A stretch of DNA of 64,000 nucleotides, taken from contig NC_042999.1 in assembly GCF_006345805.1 (NCBI RefSeq), positions 34,224,001 to 34,288,000 of the forward strand, read 5' to 3'. Under the pieces are notes generated by a model that worked only from the letters and a program-made list of their open reading frames with translations, made no database searches and was not told the origin of the DNA. Shown in pieces: positions 27,308 to 39,755 of the stretch; the first letter of the stretch is position 1, and each line of letters begins with the position of its first letter. A program made the position numbers and the translations under genes. Source of the stretch: Octopus sinensis (taxonomy: Eukaryota).

Positions 27308-28068
27308 AATATACGTATACATATACATGTACACTAACGCACACACGCGGGCGCACACACACACTCACACGTATATATGTGTATATATGTTTGCTTGTAT
27401 AAAACATATATGTATGCATGATGCATGCGAACTTCTCTGTAGTTTTATGTATGTCTCTACACTTGTGTATTGCTGTTTATTTGTGTAAAAGCCATTTTTA
27501 AAAATACGATACCATCTCTGTATTAGTGCACTGACGTAATTCTTTTACATTTTTCTGGTTGCATAAACCAAAGCATAAATGATTTCAATGTAAATAAACA
27601 TCTGATTGTGTCTTCAAATGCATATATATGTATGAGTGTATGTATGGCTATCTGTCTCTATGTACGTATGTATGTATGTATGTATGTATGTATGTATGTA
27701 TGTATATCTGTGTATATATGTGTCATAGGGAAAGCTTAAATAATATTACATAATAAAACAGAATGAGGATGAGAGAACTATAGATAAGGTACACGAATAT
27801 CTACGATTTATGAATATTTATAAGGCTTTCTGAAAGAATATTTCGAAATTTCTTTTACTTCTTTCTCTCTTCCAGCCTCTCCCTAATTCTCTGTCTCTCT
27901 TCACTCTCTTACTCTCTTTGAGTGTATGTGTGTGTGTGTGTGTGTGTCTGTGTACCTGTGCCCATGTGGTGGTGCGCGGATTTTGCATGCTTAAATGAAA
28001 CTGCATTCATGTGTCTGCATTTGAATATATCTACCAAATAGATAAAGTCTTATTCATGTTCTGGTTCT

Positions 28069-28130
28069 GCAGTAACCACTAATACTACAGTTACTACTAC
28101 TACTACTACTTCTTCTACTACTACTACTAG

Positions 28131-28197
<67 letters not shown>

Positions 28198-28301
28198 ACT
28201 GCTACTACCCTTACTCTCACTATTATTTTTATTATTACTATTATTATTATTATTATTAGTAGTAGTAGTAGTAGTTGTTGTAGTAGTAGTGGGGTTACTG
28301 C
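28069..28301. repeat. Fold-back structure: GCAGTAACC+(ACT)n ... (AGT)n+GGTTACTGC
   Basis: 9-bp unique inverted ends (28069-28077 and 28293-28301) continuing into complementary trinucleotide tracts. Confidence 0.7.
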
Positions 28302-28496
28302 TTAACCTTACATTCACTCCCAACTCATTCAATTGCATCTTCTTTTTTATGATCAGCAACTGATATATATATATATGTGTGTGTGTATGTGAGTGTAAGT
28401 GTGTGCGTGTATGTGTATGCATGTATGTATGCATGCATGTATGCATGTATGTATGTATGTACGTATGTATGTATGTATGTATGAATGTATGTATAG

Positions 28497-28726
28497 CCAT
28501 TATAACTTCGATGACAGATTTAAGTCATTCAAAACTGTTAACCTTGCTTCATCATTTATTACTGATTGTCAAAATATTCATCGCGCTCTATGCGATCTTA
28601 TTGCTGACGCAATTCCACTGCAACTCATTCAAATTAAGTTCCCAGATAGTATATACAAGTTGCAGGCCTATATATTTCTTTCCGATATAGGACACTTATT
28701 CACGTCACATGCTGCTCTCTCAGTAG
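28497..28726 (+). CDS. Putative internal coding exon (230 nt, 76 full codons) of an unidentified protein
   Basis: Non-repetitive open frame HYNFDDRFKSFKTVNLASSFITDCQNIHRALCDLIADAIPLQLIQIKFPDSIYKLQAYIFLSDIGHLFTSHAALSV between tatAG| and a consensus donor TAG|GTAAGT. No family recognised. Confidence 0.5.
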
Positions 28727-28992
28727 GTAAGTCATTTTCGCATTTTACTGGAATTGATGCTTGCGGCATGAATTTTTTCTCTATCCCTCTCTCTTTATTT
28801 CTCTCTCTCTCTCTTTTTTCTCTCTCTCTCTCTCTCTTTCTCTCTATCTCTCTCTTTCTGCATGTATCTATCTATATTTCTTCTCCTCTCCTTTTCTCTT
28901 GTCTTTTTTTCAATCGTGCACTTGGGAAGTATAGGGAAAAGACATTAAGGTTAAAAAAAAATTTTAATTGACAAATTGAAGAAACATAAAGG

Positions 28993-29180
28993 AAGAAGAA
29001 GTAGAAGTAGAATTAGAAGAAGAAGAAGAAGAAGAAGAAGAAGAAGAAGAAAAAGAAGAAGGAAAAGAAAAAGAAGAAAAAAGAAGGAGAAGAAGAAGAA
29101 GAAGAAGAAGAAGAAGAAGAAAAAGAAGAAGAAGAGAAGAAGAAGAAGAAGAAGAAGAAGAAGAAGAAGAAGAAGAAGAG
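28993..29180. repeat. (GAA)n purine tract
   Basis: Direct reading. Confidence 0.95.
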
Positions 29181-29709
29181 GTGGCATCCAATAGCACCCT
29201 GGCGGTTAACAAAATCAACCTATCTATTCAGTTTGAAGGTGATACTACTAGGAGTATATGAAGCGAATAAATAAATTGTAAATCTACAATTTTCTTGCAA
29301 TAAGAAAGACTTGCGGATGTACAATTATCTATCATCATATTAATGTCAGGTATGTATGAATATATATAAGTGTGTGTATATATATATGTATATCTATATA
29401 CATATATATATTTATAAAAAAGAAGTTTGAAAACGCCACTATATAAGATAAATTTTAATTTTTTTAGAGATTTTACATATTTAGCTTCTTCTTGAAAGAA
29501 ACGAACCTTATCACAATTATTTTAAAAAAAGTTAAGTTTGATAAAAAAAAGTTCATAATTGTTTCTTACTACTCTCAACAGAGTCCACGTGGTGGTGCTT
29601 TGTGGGGGGGGGCATAATGGCTGTCTTGTGCGTTAACTATAATCGTTGGCTGTAATCGTGATTACAGCCAGTCATTCTAGTCAAGGCACAGAGTGTGTCC
29701 AGTACCACC

Positions 29710-30135
29710 AGGGTTCCTTACCTGAAGATATTCAGCACGAGGTTGTCAGCAATTCAGTGAAGCTGGCAAAGGCACTTGGTGGCGAAGGTTTTGATGACCT
29801 CACGCCCTCATCGATGCCCACTCCGAATCCCTGACAGACGGAGATTTACTGGAGTTAACGGAATCTGCCAGCGAAGAGGTAGAGGAAGCGTCAAATCCAG
29901 AGGAAGAGGCGGATGAGGTGGGCCTGGCAATTGAACATCTGTTCGACGTTTTATTGACAGTACAGGTAATTGCAAGGGAAGACGGAAGTATGGGATCCCT
30001 ATATGGTTCGCTATCTTCAATTTAAAAATGTGATGGATGCTGCCATGCAGACATATAAAACTCTCCTCACCGCCAAGAAGAAACAACGACCATATCTTTG
30101 CATTACAATGTTCCTCAAGTCCACCAAGAAAGCCT
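29710..30135 (+). mobile_element. pogo/Tigger-like transposase C-terminal fragment
   Basis: EVVSNSVKLAKALGGEGFDDL.../IDAHSESLTDGDLLELTESASEE.../WDPYMVRYLQFKNVMDAAMQTYKTLLTAKKKQR...ITMFLK resembles the Tigger C-terminus. Confidence 0.7.
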
Positions 30136-30315
30136 TGCATGAAGATACGACATACCCTAAAACAACTGAGAAGAGGCGTCAGGTGGAAAGCTTAAAATCT
30201 TCTTTGCTGTACAGCGATTAGCTTCATTATTTTCATCATCGTTGTCTTAAATCAGGATCATTCATTATTGGTGAGTAACCGTCCATTTTGCTTTATTTTT
30301 ATTGAGTAATTATTA

Positions 30316-30359
<44 letters not shown>

Positions 30360-30819
30360 AGTTTGTCACACACGAACTGTCGTATTTTGAAAGGTAACAA
30401 TAAAACGTTTCAGAAAGGTTACAGAACTGATTTAGTTAATCAAATATGATCCATGTTGATTTATGAACTTTACCCAACGTTTCTCTATGTCATATATTCC
30501 ATCTTAAATAAAAATCATCTTTTGCGGTGATAAGCTCTCCGAATGTTTCAATTACCTCTTCGCTTTTTAAGAATGTTTTATTGCGTATGAAAAGCAAATA
30601 GGAGAGATATCAGAGGAATAGGGCAGATGTAGCAGAATCTTATAATTCAAGCTTTACAGCTTTTGGACCATAACCTGAGAAGTGTAAGGGTTTGCATTGT
30701 TGAGGAGGAAAATTGGGCCATCTTTATTGACTATATTTAAGACCAAAAGTGTACTACGCCGCTATATGTATGTATAAAATAACGTAACAGGCGTCAACAA
30801 AACAAGAACGTAACAGGCA

Positions 30820-31043
30820 ATAACAAAACATTCGGACTGTTAAACGATACAAAGAAGGGCAGGAAAAAAACAAGGATGTGTCATTCGGCACCTTCTATCG
30901 TCAGTCCAGTTCCAGATCATCCCTGCAGTATTGGCCGGTTAGGATGATCCGTAACTTGACTGACGATAGAAAGCGCCCAATGACTTGTCCTTGTTTTTTC
31001 CTCTCTTTCTTTGTATCGTCCAACTGTCCGGATGTTTTGTTAT
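30820..31043. repeat. Imperfect ~87-bp inverted repeat (fold-back/MITE-like), loop ~51 bp
   Basis: 30820-30906 vs reverse complement of 30958-31043 (aacaaaacat.cggac.gtt..acgatacaaagaa...aaaaaacaagga...ttctatcgtcagtc). Confidence 0.8.
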
Positions 31044-31519
31044 CGCCTGATACGTTCTTGATCCATTTTCTTTGTTTGAGAGGGAGAGACTGTGCATAGA
31101 AATACCCTCTAAGTGTACATGTGTGTTTATGCGTGCATATATATGTGGGATATATTTTGTACAAGTAGATTAGTTTATAGATACGTATCTCTCCACCCTG
31201 AAGACGGCGGCCAGATTTATCTACTGTTTATATGACTGCACTATCACTTGCATATTTTTGACCTCTTCCGAACTACATCTGCCAATATTATGAAGTAATT
31301 ACGAGCCTCAAGGAACAACGTCGGACGAGGGACATCCCTTATTTTTCTTTGTTTTTACACTTTGTTTAAGTTTGCTCTCTAGCAATATAAATATCTCTAT
31401 ATTTATACACGAACATTCTAAATATTATCTAAATATTTTCAGTCTTTGTTTTCTCACTATTGACATATACACGTGCATGTCTATTTTGTCTAATTAGCAT
31501 TCTCGCATTGTCAGGCGTC

Positions 31520-31830
31520 TGCAGAAGAGCGGGTTTTTCTCCCAAGGTTAATCATGCTTACATTAGGGAAAGACACACCCGTTTTATCAATAATGCAAAA
31601 GCTGGAAGCTGCATTTAGGAGAAGGGCTTGTTTTCAAGATAACCTACAGTCCGGACGTCCTGCAACTGCCATCATCGAAGAAAATATTGGCTTCTTCGCC
31701 AATGGGATTCAAGCACTGCAACACCGATATAAAATGTGAGAGGACTGCAAGGGAGACTATGTTGGAAATAAGCTTCATTTGGTCACATCTATGAGTGTCT
31801 TGTTCAGCTTATAAACTTTTCAGCCTTTTA
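31520..31830 (+). mobile_element. Internally deleted mariner: N-terminal HTH fused to the extreme C-terminus
   Basis: TLGKDTP.LS..QK.EAAFRR...DNLQSGRPATAIIEENI joined directly (~31689) to FFANGIQALQHRYKM*EDCKGDYV. Confidence 0.75.
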
Positions 31831-32004
31831 TTCACGGCTAACCGCTGTATAGCGCAACCAGTCATTGACCGATGGCGGGAATATCTTTGATACCCATAGT
31901 ACATGTGTATGTGTGTGTGTTTTTGCATGGAGCCAGTAGAGCTGTTTGGGATTTTTGCATTATAAAACGTTACAGACAACTAAAAAAAACGAAACAACGA
32001 GCTA

Positions 32005-32540
32005 TTAATGAAGCAAAGGCATCATAAATTCGGTGATTTCTCCGTTGAATGAATCAACGAACTTACGCCACTCAAAGTAATAACTCTTAAGATCATCTAC
32101 TTTTATCAAATTGACAATTGACGCTGTTAAATTCACTTGTTCCGAAATAATTCCATAGTATAAACAAGTTGAGTTCAATAATGGTGTGTTAAATATAGCA
32201 CATAGTCTATGCGGCATCAGAGGTGAGATTTGTGCTAGCATCTTAACATGAAAGACGAGATGATTTTTACTATCGTGTTTACACAACGTTTCTTCAGTTT
32301 TGGTGTGAAGCCCTTAATGTGAAGTGACACCTCCTTCTACGAATTCCCCGACATTTGATACAATGTTATGGATGTCTTGTAGTCCTCGAACGATGGATTG
32401 GAACTGTTTCTCCTTATACAAACAGTGCTCAAATAACTCGATGTGATAAGCATATAGGAAAACGGGTTGACTAGTGACACACTTGTATGAATGTTGCAAA
32501 AGATCTTTCCTTCTAATATCAGTTGTGAATATTCAGTGTT
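32005..32540 (-). pseudogene. Unidentified coding-like frame (~178 codons, one internal stop)
   Basis: ORFs 32314-32499 and 32005-32286 share a frame, separated by a single TAA. Protein-like composition. C-terminal WRKFVDSFNGEITEF...LL loosely recalls PBDC1 (from memory, unverified). Confidence 0.35.
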
Positions 32541-32620
32541 ATATGTTGATATCGTGTATGGCAAACACTGAAGCAGTTTTTTTTTTTTGTTTTTTGTTTT
32601 GTTTTTTTTTTCTTACACAG

Positions 32621-32892
32621 AGTTACGTATATGGGGAACCTATATGTTGAATGGTTCGCCTCTTGCTTTTGTGTTTCACGTGGTTAGAACCAAAAGCACT
32701 GAATGTATGTCTTTCCCATTAGCTACTGCCAATTTTGTGGTTGCTCTTGAATGGTTTCTCTATGGAGCTTTGTTAAAAGACTTTTATATGCAGATGCCCA
32801 ATATGTGTGGTGTTTTGCTATGCCTTTTCCAGTTTGCATTATTTTTCAAATACCCAGCAAAACTACAGCCAATACTTTCTATCAAAGCTTAA
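32621..32892 (+). CDS. SLC50A1: SWEET/MtN3 sugar transporter, C-terminal three-helix half (terminal exon or processed fragment)
   Basis: GSPLA..FHVVRTKSTECMSFPLATANFVVALEWFLYGALLKDFYMQMPNMCGVLLCLFQFALFFKYP matches the second MtN3 repeat (SPL, V.TKST, WxLYG, PN, FxKYP). Preceded by a T-rich tract and cAG acceptor at 32619-32620. No N-terminal SWEET exons recognised in the window. Confidence 0.8.
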
Positions 32893-34141
32893 ATGCAACA
32901 TAATGAATGAAATTTGACTGTGACCAAAATACTCTATTCCAAAGTCCAAAAAATGCATTATTATATATATTGTAAATCTCAAACAAATGTTCAACTCATA
33001 AACTGACCATTAACTTATATGACAATGAGAACAGAAATTAAATTACTAATTTGGACAAAAACATTATTTACAGTGTGGCAATGGATCTGACATCACTTCA
33101 ATTGATACACAAAGCTATAGAAAACTTAGTTATAGAAACATTAGCATAAAATATTTAATACACAACTATATATAATATTATAGAAATGTGAAGCGCAGAT
33201 TGTGTCAAACACCAACGAGGTTGTCCGCTCACTTATCTACATACGTCTTATATAATAGCAAGAACTTAGTGTCTCAAGAAACATTGATAACATTGTATCA
33301 CTTTAGTTCTTCCTATCTTGATCGTGCATGCCGAAATTGATATAGATCTAATTACTAATTGTTTCGTTAATTTATAACATTGAATTCTGCAATCTTTGCT
33401 ATTAGATAGTGATTGGTGTCCGCTCCACTGTGCGTTTTTACATTCTACTAAATTTAATGTTTAATCATAGTTTAATGCAGTATGATTATGTTCAGAAATA
33501 ATTACAATGGCATCTTATGGTGACACTAAATGTAGGAAGCATAACCGGAATCTGCACTTTCTTAAAGATATCCAATATGTTTCACGTGATCGTCACTCTT
33601 TTAACGGTAAAATGATACCCATGTAACTTCCTGATTGCTATAGAAATATGGGATCACTTTCATCCTTTCCATTATATATATAGCACTGAAATGCAGCAAT
33701 ATTGTAGAATCGATAGTCAACTGGTAATTCTTCACTAAGTAAAATTTCCTTAGGTTTTATGTTCTAAGTTGAGATCTCAACGAATTCAATTTTGCTTTTC
33801 ATTCTTTTGAGGTCGATCGAGAAAATAAGAGTGAGTTGAACACTGACGTCGATTTAATCAACTAATATCCTCAGAAATTACTGGCCTTGTTCCAAAATTT
33901 AAAGCTAAATTTACAGAGTTCATATTTGTAACAAGATACAATAGAAAGTTAACTTTTTATTACACCACTTTCTTCTATAAAGATCATTAAAATTACACAA
34001 CCATAATTATTGAACCTAAATATAAAAACATTTGCCTTTACCTTATTATAATAGGAATATAAACATTTCAAAGAATCAGATATAGTGTATTTATGTGTTG
34101 CAATGAAATGTGTAAAACTTTCAGTTCCGGATTACATATTT

Positions 34142-34146
<5 letters not shown>

Positions 34147-34181
<35 letters not shown>

Positions 34182-34214
34182 TATATATATTATATATATA
34201 TATATATATATAAT

Positions 34215-34256
<42 letters not shown>

Positions 34257-34259
34257 ATT

Positions 34260-34318
<59 letters not shown>

Positions 34319-34319
34319 A

Positions 34320-34365
<46 letters not shown>
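34147..34365. repeat. Long (TA)n microsatellite
   Basis: Direct reading. Confidence 0.95.
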
Positions 34366-35268
34366 GTGAGAGACTTATACGTTAGCTCAATGACAAGCTG
34401 CATCTCATATCATCTTAACAATACAGTGTGTGTATTTTTCAGGAAATAAAATTATCCTCCCGTTCGCAAGTATAGATTTTTAGACACCATACAACGTGAA
34501 TTGAAGTAGAGAAAATTATTGACGGGTAAAGAAGTAAATTAATAATCAAATATATAAGCCAATGTTGTTCTAAATATAGAGATACATGGAGGGTTAACCA
34601 ATGAAATGCAATACAGCTGGCATCAACTTTATCATTAGCTGTAATTCTTCATAAGAAAAGAAGCTCTATAATTAAGTGTTGGAACTAACGTTTGTTTTAA
34701 GAGAATGGGCAGCTGTTCTCCTCATAAAAAATTCTAGATATCTAAATTTATACCTACTTCAGAGATTTTCTTTGAATTAAATATATTTACTTAAAGCCGT
34801 ATAACAATGTTGAGAACATTTATCGACATAAACATCTTCAATATTAATATATTTTCATAACTAAGGGTCAAAACTAATTTATACTATTCAAAATTGTTTT
34901 AGAATTCCTACTAAATAAGTTTGAATTGTCTCTCTGGTGTGATTTGTTGGTTTCTAAAACTTTTATTGCATAAATACACAATTTTCTTATCTATTACCGC
35001 TGTATTTTTAAAATTATACATCTGAACAGAATATTTTCTTAAGTATATTTTCACATGAGATTATATATTCTTTTCAAATCATTTTTAAAATTTAATCTGT
35101 CATAGTTGTTTTGCATGGGATTTATTTATTCATGTATATGAGGATCTGATAAGCGTAACTCTGAATCCCGTTTGTATGTTATCTGCTTCTATTGTCTGTT
35201 ATACTTCCTTCTTAAAATATTTTTTTCTTGTGCTTGTGTTTATTAAAGTATATAGCATTTACGAATTT

Positions 35269-35323
<55 letters not shown>

Positions 35324-36491
35324 TCACACATACATGTAATAACACAGTATAATTTGAGTGAATCTTATGATATTTAAGCTTTTAATGTTAAAACTAATAT
35401 TGTTCTAATTCCATAAACATATTAACTGTAAGAGAATGAACGCAACTGAAGCTGTGAAGACAAAATATGACTCCACACATTTCTTGGACATGGTGACAGC
35501 TCTGAAGAAATCATAAACACCGAAAGAAGTCACCTATGCAACAATACAATAGACTATATATCCTTTCAGTTTTCAGATAGATTCACCTAAGTTCTTGCTA
35601 TCTCTCATAACCGAAATTCTCATCTCCTATTTTCTTCTTCGTCTTCTTGCTTCCTTTTTCTCCTTTTTCTCCTTTTATCCTTTCTTCATCACTTCATACA
35701 CTTCATTTCCTTCTTCTTCATCCCCCCCTTCTTCTTCTACCAATCTCGGCCTTACATGCCGAAATGTTTGCCATACTTTTAAGGAATAATATATATTTCC
35801 ATTACGATGGCATGATATTCAGAGAGGTCTGAAGTCTACCGACACGATTGAGCTGATCGGGATTGCAGGATATCACGTACACGGACCAGCTAGAGCATAG
35901 CGCGTCCAATACTCGCCTCTCCACCTTTTTCTCCAGGTATGAGGCTGACATTTTAATACTAAATATTCGTGGAAGGTAGGCGTCCGTAAATATCACACAC
36001 TCAATCAGGTTAAGGAGTGGAATAAATTCTAGATTAACCACCCTTACGATTACTTATACGATTATTGGATTTCTAACTCCATAAATTTGTGTAAGAAACC
36101 GGCCGTCAAAATCGTAATTCTTTACTGTACATCCAAAGCTAAATTAACTGAGTATGTAACGGGGTCAGCAAAGTGACAGATGAAACTGGTAATAACAATC
36201 AATTACCAAGCATTTTATTAAAAGTAAAAAAAAGAAAATGGCACCCACTGCCTTTCACCAAATGCTAGAATGCCACTAAGCATCAAAGAACTTCGAGAAA
36301 GAGTTTCAGAACATACACATGCTACATTCCAGCCACATATATATACACATGCTTTCTGTCTCTCTTTGTCTCTCTGTCTTTCTTTCTCTCTCTCTGTCCC
36401 TCTCTCTCTCCCTCCCCCTCTCTCTCTCCTCTCTCTCTGACACACACACATTAGAGATAGGGGTAATATAGTTTGATTGATAAATGCATGC

Positions 36492-36637
<146 letters not shown>

Positions 36638-36689
36638 CATACATACAAACATGCATATATACATAAATACAAACATATATACATACATA

Positions 36690-37905
36690 TTCATGCCGAT
36701 AATAATTCGAGCACTAGGTTTTGTTAGTAAGTTCTTAAAGGACGATTTGAATAGTCTGGGATTTCCAAAAGGAGAAATCTGTGAGAGGAACAATAAAAAT
36801 ATGGAAGACTTTTCTCAAGTTCCAAATGAGAATTTGTCTACATTAACTACATTCCAAAGACTTGTATCTTTGTTGCAAACTGGCTCCCTCCTCAACTGAA
36901 GATTTATAATTACTAAAAATAGAAGGCATACATACACACACACATACGCATACATACGTACAGCTTCTCGATCCAGATAACAAGATAAGTTCAGGTTTAT
37001 ACTATGCCTAAGTAGCAATCTTGAGAAATTAATCTTCTCAAAACCAGAAAGGAGAAAGATGATTCAAAGGATACAGACCCCTGATTCGAATGATACAGAC
37101 CTCAATGAAATATAGACACTATATACCTGATATCAGGATTTGGGATAGAGAAGAGAAACTGTGTACAGTTGTGGAAATCGGCTGCACAGCGGATGTTAAC
37201 ATAAAGATGAAGATCAGTGAAAAAAGGGATGCCTACACTGAACTATTGAGAAACTTGCAATTACTCTTTCCAGATTGCAAGTTCAAGTTTATAGCTGTAA
37301 TTATTGGAGCTCTTGGATATTTAATACACTGCCTAAATACCAATCTTAAGAAATTAGGCTTCTCAAAATCACAAAGGAAGAAGCTGATTCGAAGACTGCA
37401 GATCCGATCTATCTCTAGAACTATAAAACTTTGTAAACCTTTTTAGAAGTTTAACATTTAAGTATATATGAGCATGTCTAAATAAGCAAGTATATGCATG
37501 AAAATTCAGACATAATCAAAACATACAAATCAGCCCGTACGCATACATACAAAGGTACCTTGTTGATGATGAAATGTCTAGGAAGGAACCTTGCATCTAG
37601 GTTAGAAATCGACTCTTCCTCTATTAATAAGAAATCTTGAAATATAACTGAATAATGACATACATACTTGCATACGCACATACATATATAGATTCATACA
37701 TACATACATACATACATACATATACATACATACATACATACATACATACATACATACATACATACATACACGTATGCATGTACATACATACGTATACACG
37801 CATACATACATACATAAACAAACATACATACATGATGTTGAAATTCCAGTTTAGAAACCGGTGCTTTCTCTATTGGCAAGAAATCATGAAATAAAACTGA
37901 TGACT
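36690..37905 (+). mobile_element. Cluster of 4 5'-truncated RLE (R4/Dong-like) retrotransposon pieces interleaved with (CATA)n
   Basis: 36690-36925: [13 protein letters not shown]...LGF/GTIKIWKTFLKF. 37000-37085: CLSSNLEKLIFSKPERRKMIQRIQ. 37086-37660: HYIPDIRIWDREEKLCTVVEIGC..D.NI..K..EK...IIGALG...TIKLCK plus 3' UTR. 37830-37905: 3' UTR only. Confidence 0.8.
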
Positions 37906-39755
37906 GCTATACATACATACACACATACATACATACCTACATACATATATGCATACGCACACACATACATAATTGTGTAAACCTATATTTCACATGCTCA
38001 TGTAGACTCGATCGTGGAAGGATCTTTCGCTACAGAAATTATCTCGGGAGAAAATTCTCACAGATAACATGTATGAAAACATATTATGAAATATGTCGAT
38101 GGTTGGTAGGGTGCACGTGTTTCGGTATCATTGTGTGTTTGTAGTTACGAATCAAAAATTCCTATTTATAACCGAAGTAAATTGTACAATTATTGATGCG
38201 CGGAAAAATTAATCAAGACGAGATTGAATAAAGTCGCAGGTTGAACGTTGACTAAAAATTGAAGCGTTTGTACCATATTTAAAACCTTTGCGGACGAACT
38301 TGAGAAAACTTTTGGTTTCAGAAATAGTCCACGTAGAACTTCTTTCCAAAGACAAAATGTGTGCAAACGCTTTCATATCTCATTGTGTTTTCACGTTTTC
38401 AACGAATGCAGAAATAACTTGTTGCTCATGCAGTGGATGCTTCTACTACCTCAATATTATTATAGCTGCTTTGGCTTTGAGTGCAAAGGGGGGAAATGAC
38501 ATATCGCTCACGGCGTCTTAACGATAAGTCAGAAAGCTTTGAGATTATTTGCTTTGTTACTGATATAAAATACAAGTTTTCTACCCTCCACGACCAACCA
38601 CATCATGTCCTCCAAAAGGAAGTCTGGAACGCCAAGCAGGTTTTCTGGAGCAACCAGACCCTGGAACTCTATTGGCATTCTTGTACAACGTTCCAGGGAC
38701 AAGACTTCTTACTCATAATATTTCTGTGATTATGGTCTGGTCATTATGAAGTGGTACATTTGCGACTTCAAACCATGTTCATAGGATGGATGTACCATAA
38801 ACGTGGGTGTCATCACAAACTCCTGGAAAGTACAAACTTTTATATCCGTCCTACGATTTTAATCTTCGCTGTTACTGATAGCTACCAAAATTCCATATTG
38901 CTTCATCTGAATGATGCATTCTACAAGAACTCTCACTACTATCGGACATTTCTTGACCCTAGCTTGAGAAGGATTTGTTGGTTTCCTTGTGTGTCATTAA
39001 TGCACTTGCAGATTGTATTCCATTGGGCTGGGTAGGCAGCTGAGAGTGACATTACGACAGGCTGAATTTAGCTTGTTTGTTTGTTTGTTATTTCTTTGTA
39101 AATAACTTCAAAACAAACATATGGACGCTGAAAGGCATCGCATTCCATTCTAATGAAAATATTGTCCTTTGGTGCTGTTGCTTTTTGTTTAGGTTCTTTT
39201 GTTTTGTTGTTTTCTTTTTGCTGTTGATGTTGTTTCAACTATTGAAATGGTGTCAGCAAAAGTGCGGGTGTTCTTCTGTCCTATTTTGTTGTAGATACAA
39301 GGCTTTAATTTGGTTAGTGTTGCCATACAAGTGATAATTAGTTGTCTCCGTTCAAGAGGTACATACAGATGTCAGCTGTCTGGCATATTGACAAGGAGCT
39401 GCAGAAATTCGTATTCTTATGCCAGCGTATGCGTTATATTGCATTCAAAAACCCAACGTCTACCCCGAGCATACGGATTGTTGGCAGACTGGGCGAAAGG
39501 ATCACATATCTGGGAATACGTTTCATAATGGATTCAAAACCCGAAACCATTACGGTTTTAAACCAAGAAACCCTGATCAAACACAGAGAGTAACCCACAT
39601 CTGAGGCAATCTAGTGTAGCCCACACTTCATCTAATGGTAAAACCAACATCCCAAGAAGCTTTTCTATATGCTTTTCAAGGCTCCCCCACTACTGCATAA
39701 ATGTCATAGCATTTTCAACTAGGACACATCAATCAATTCATCTCCTTCACACCAA

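Noticed and set aside
38500-39600. ORFs 38288-39604 as host exons
   Set aside because: No splice architecture or family match. Faint traces (KETNK, ITYLGIRF) suggest decayed transposase/RT, too weak to annotate.
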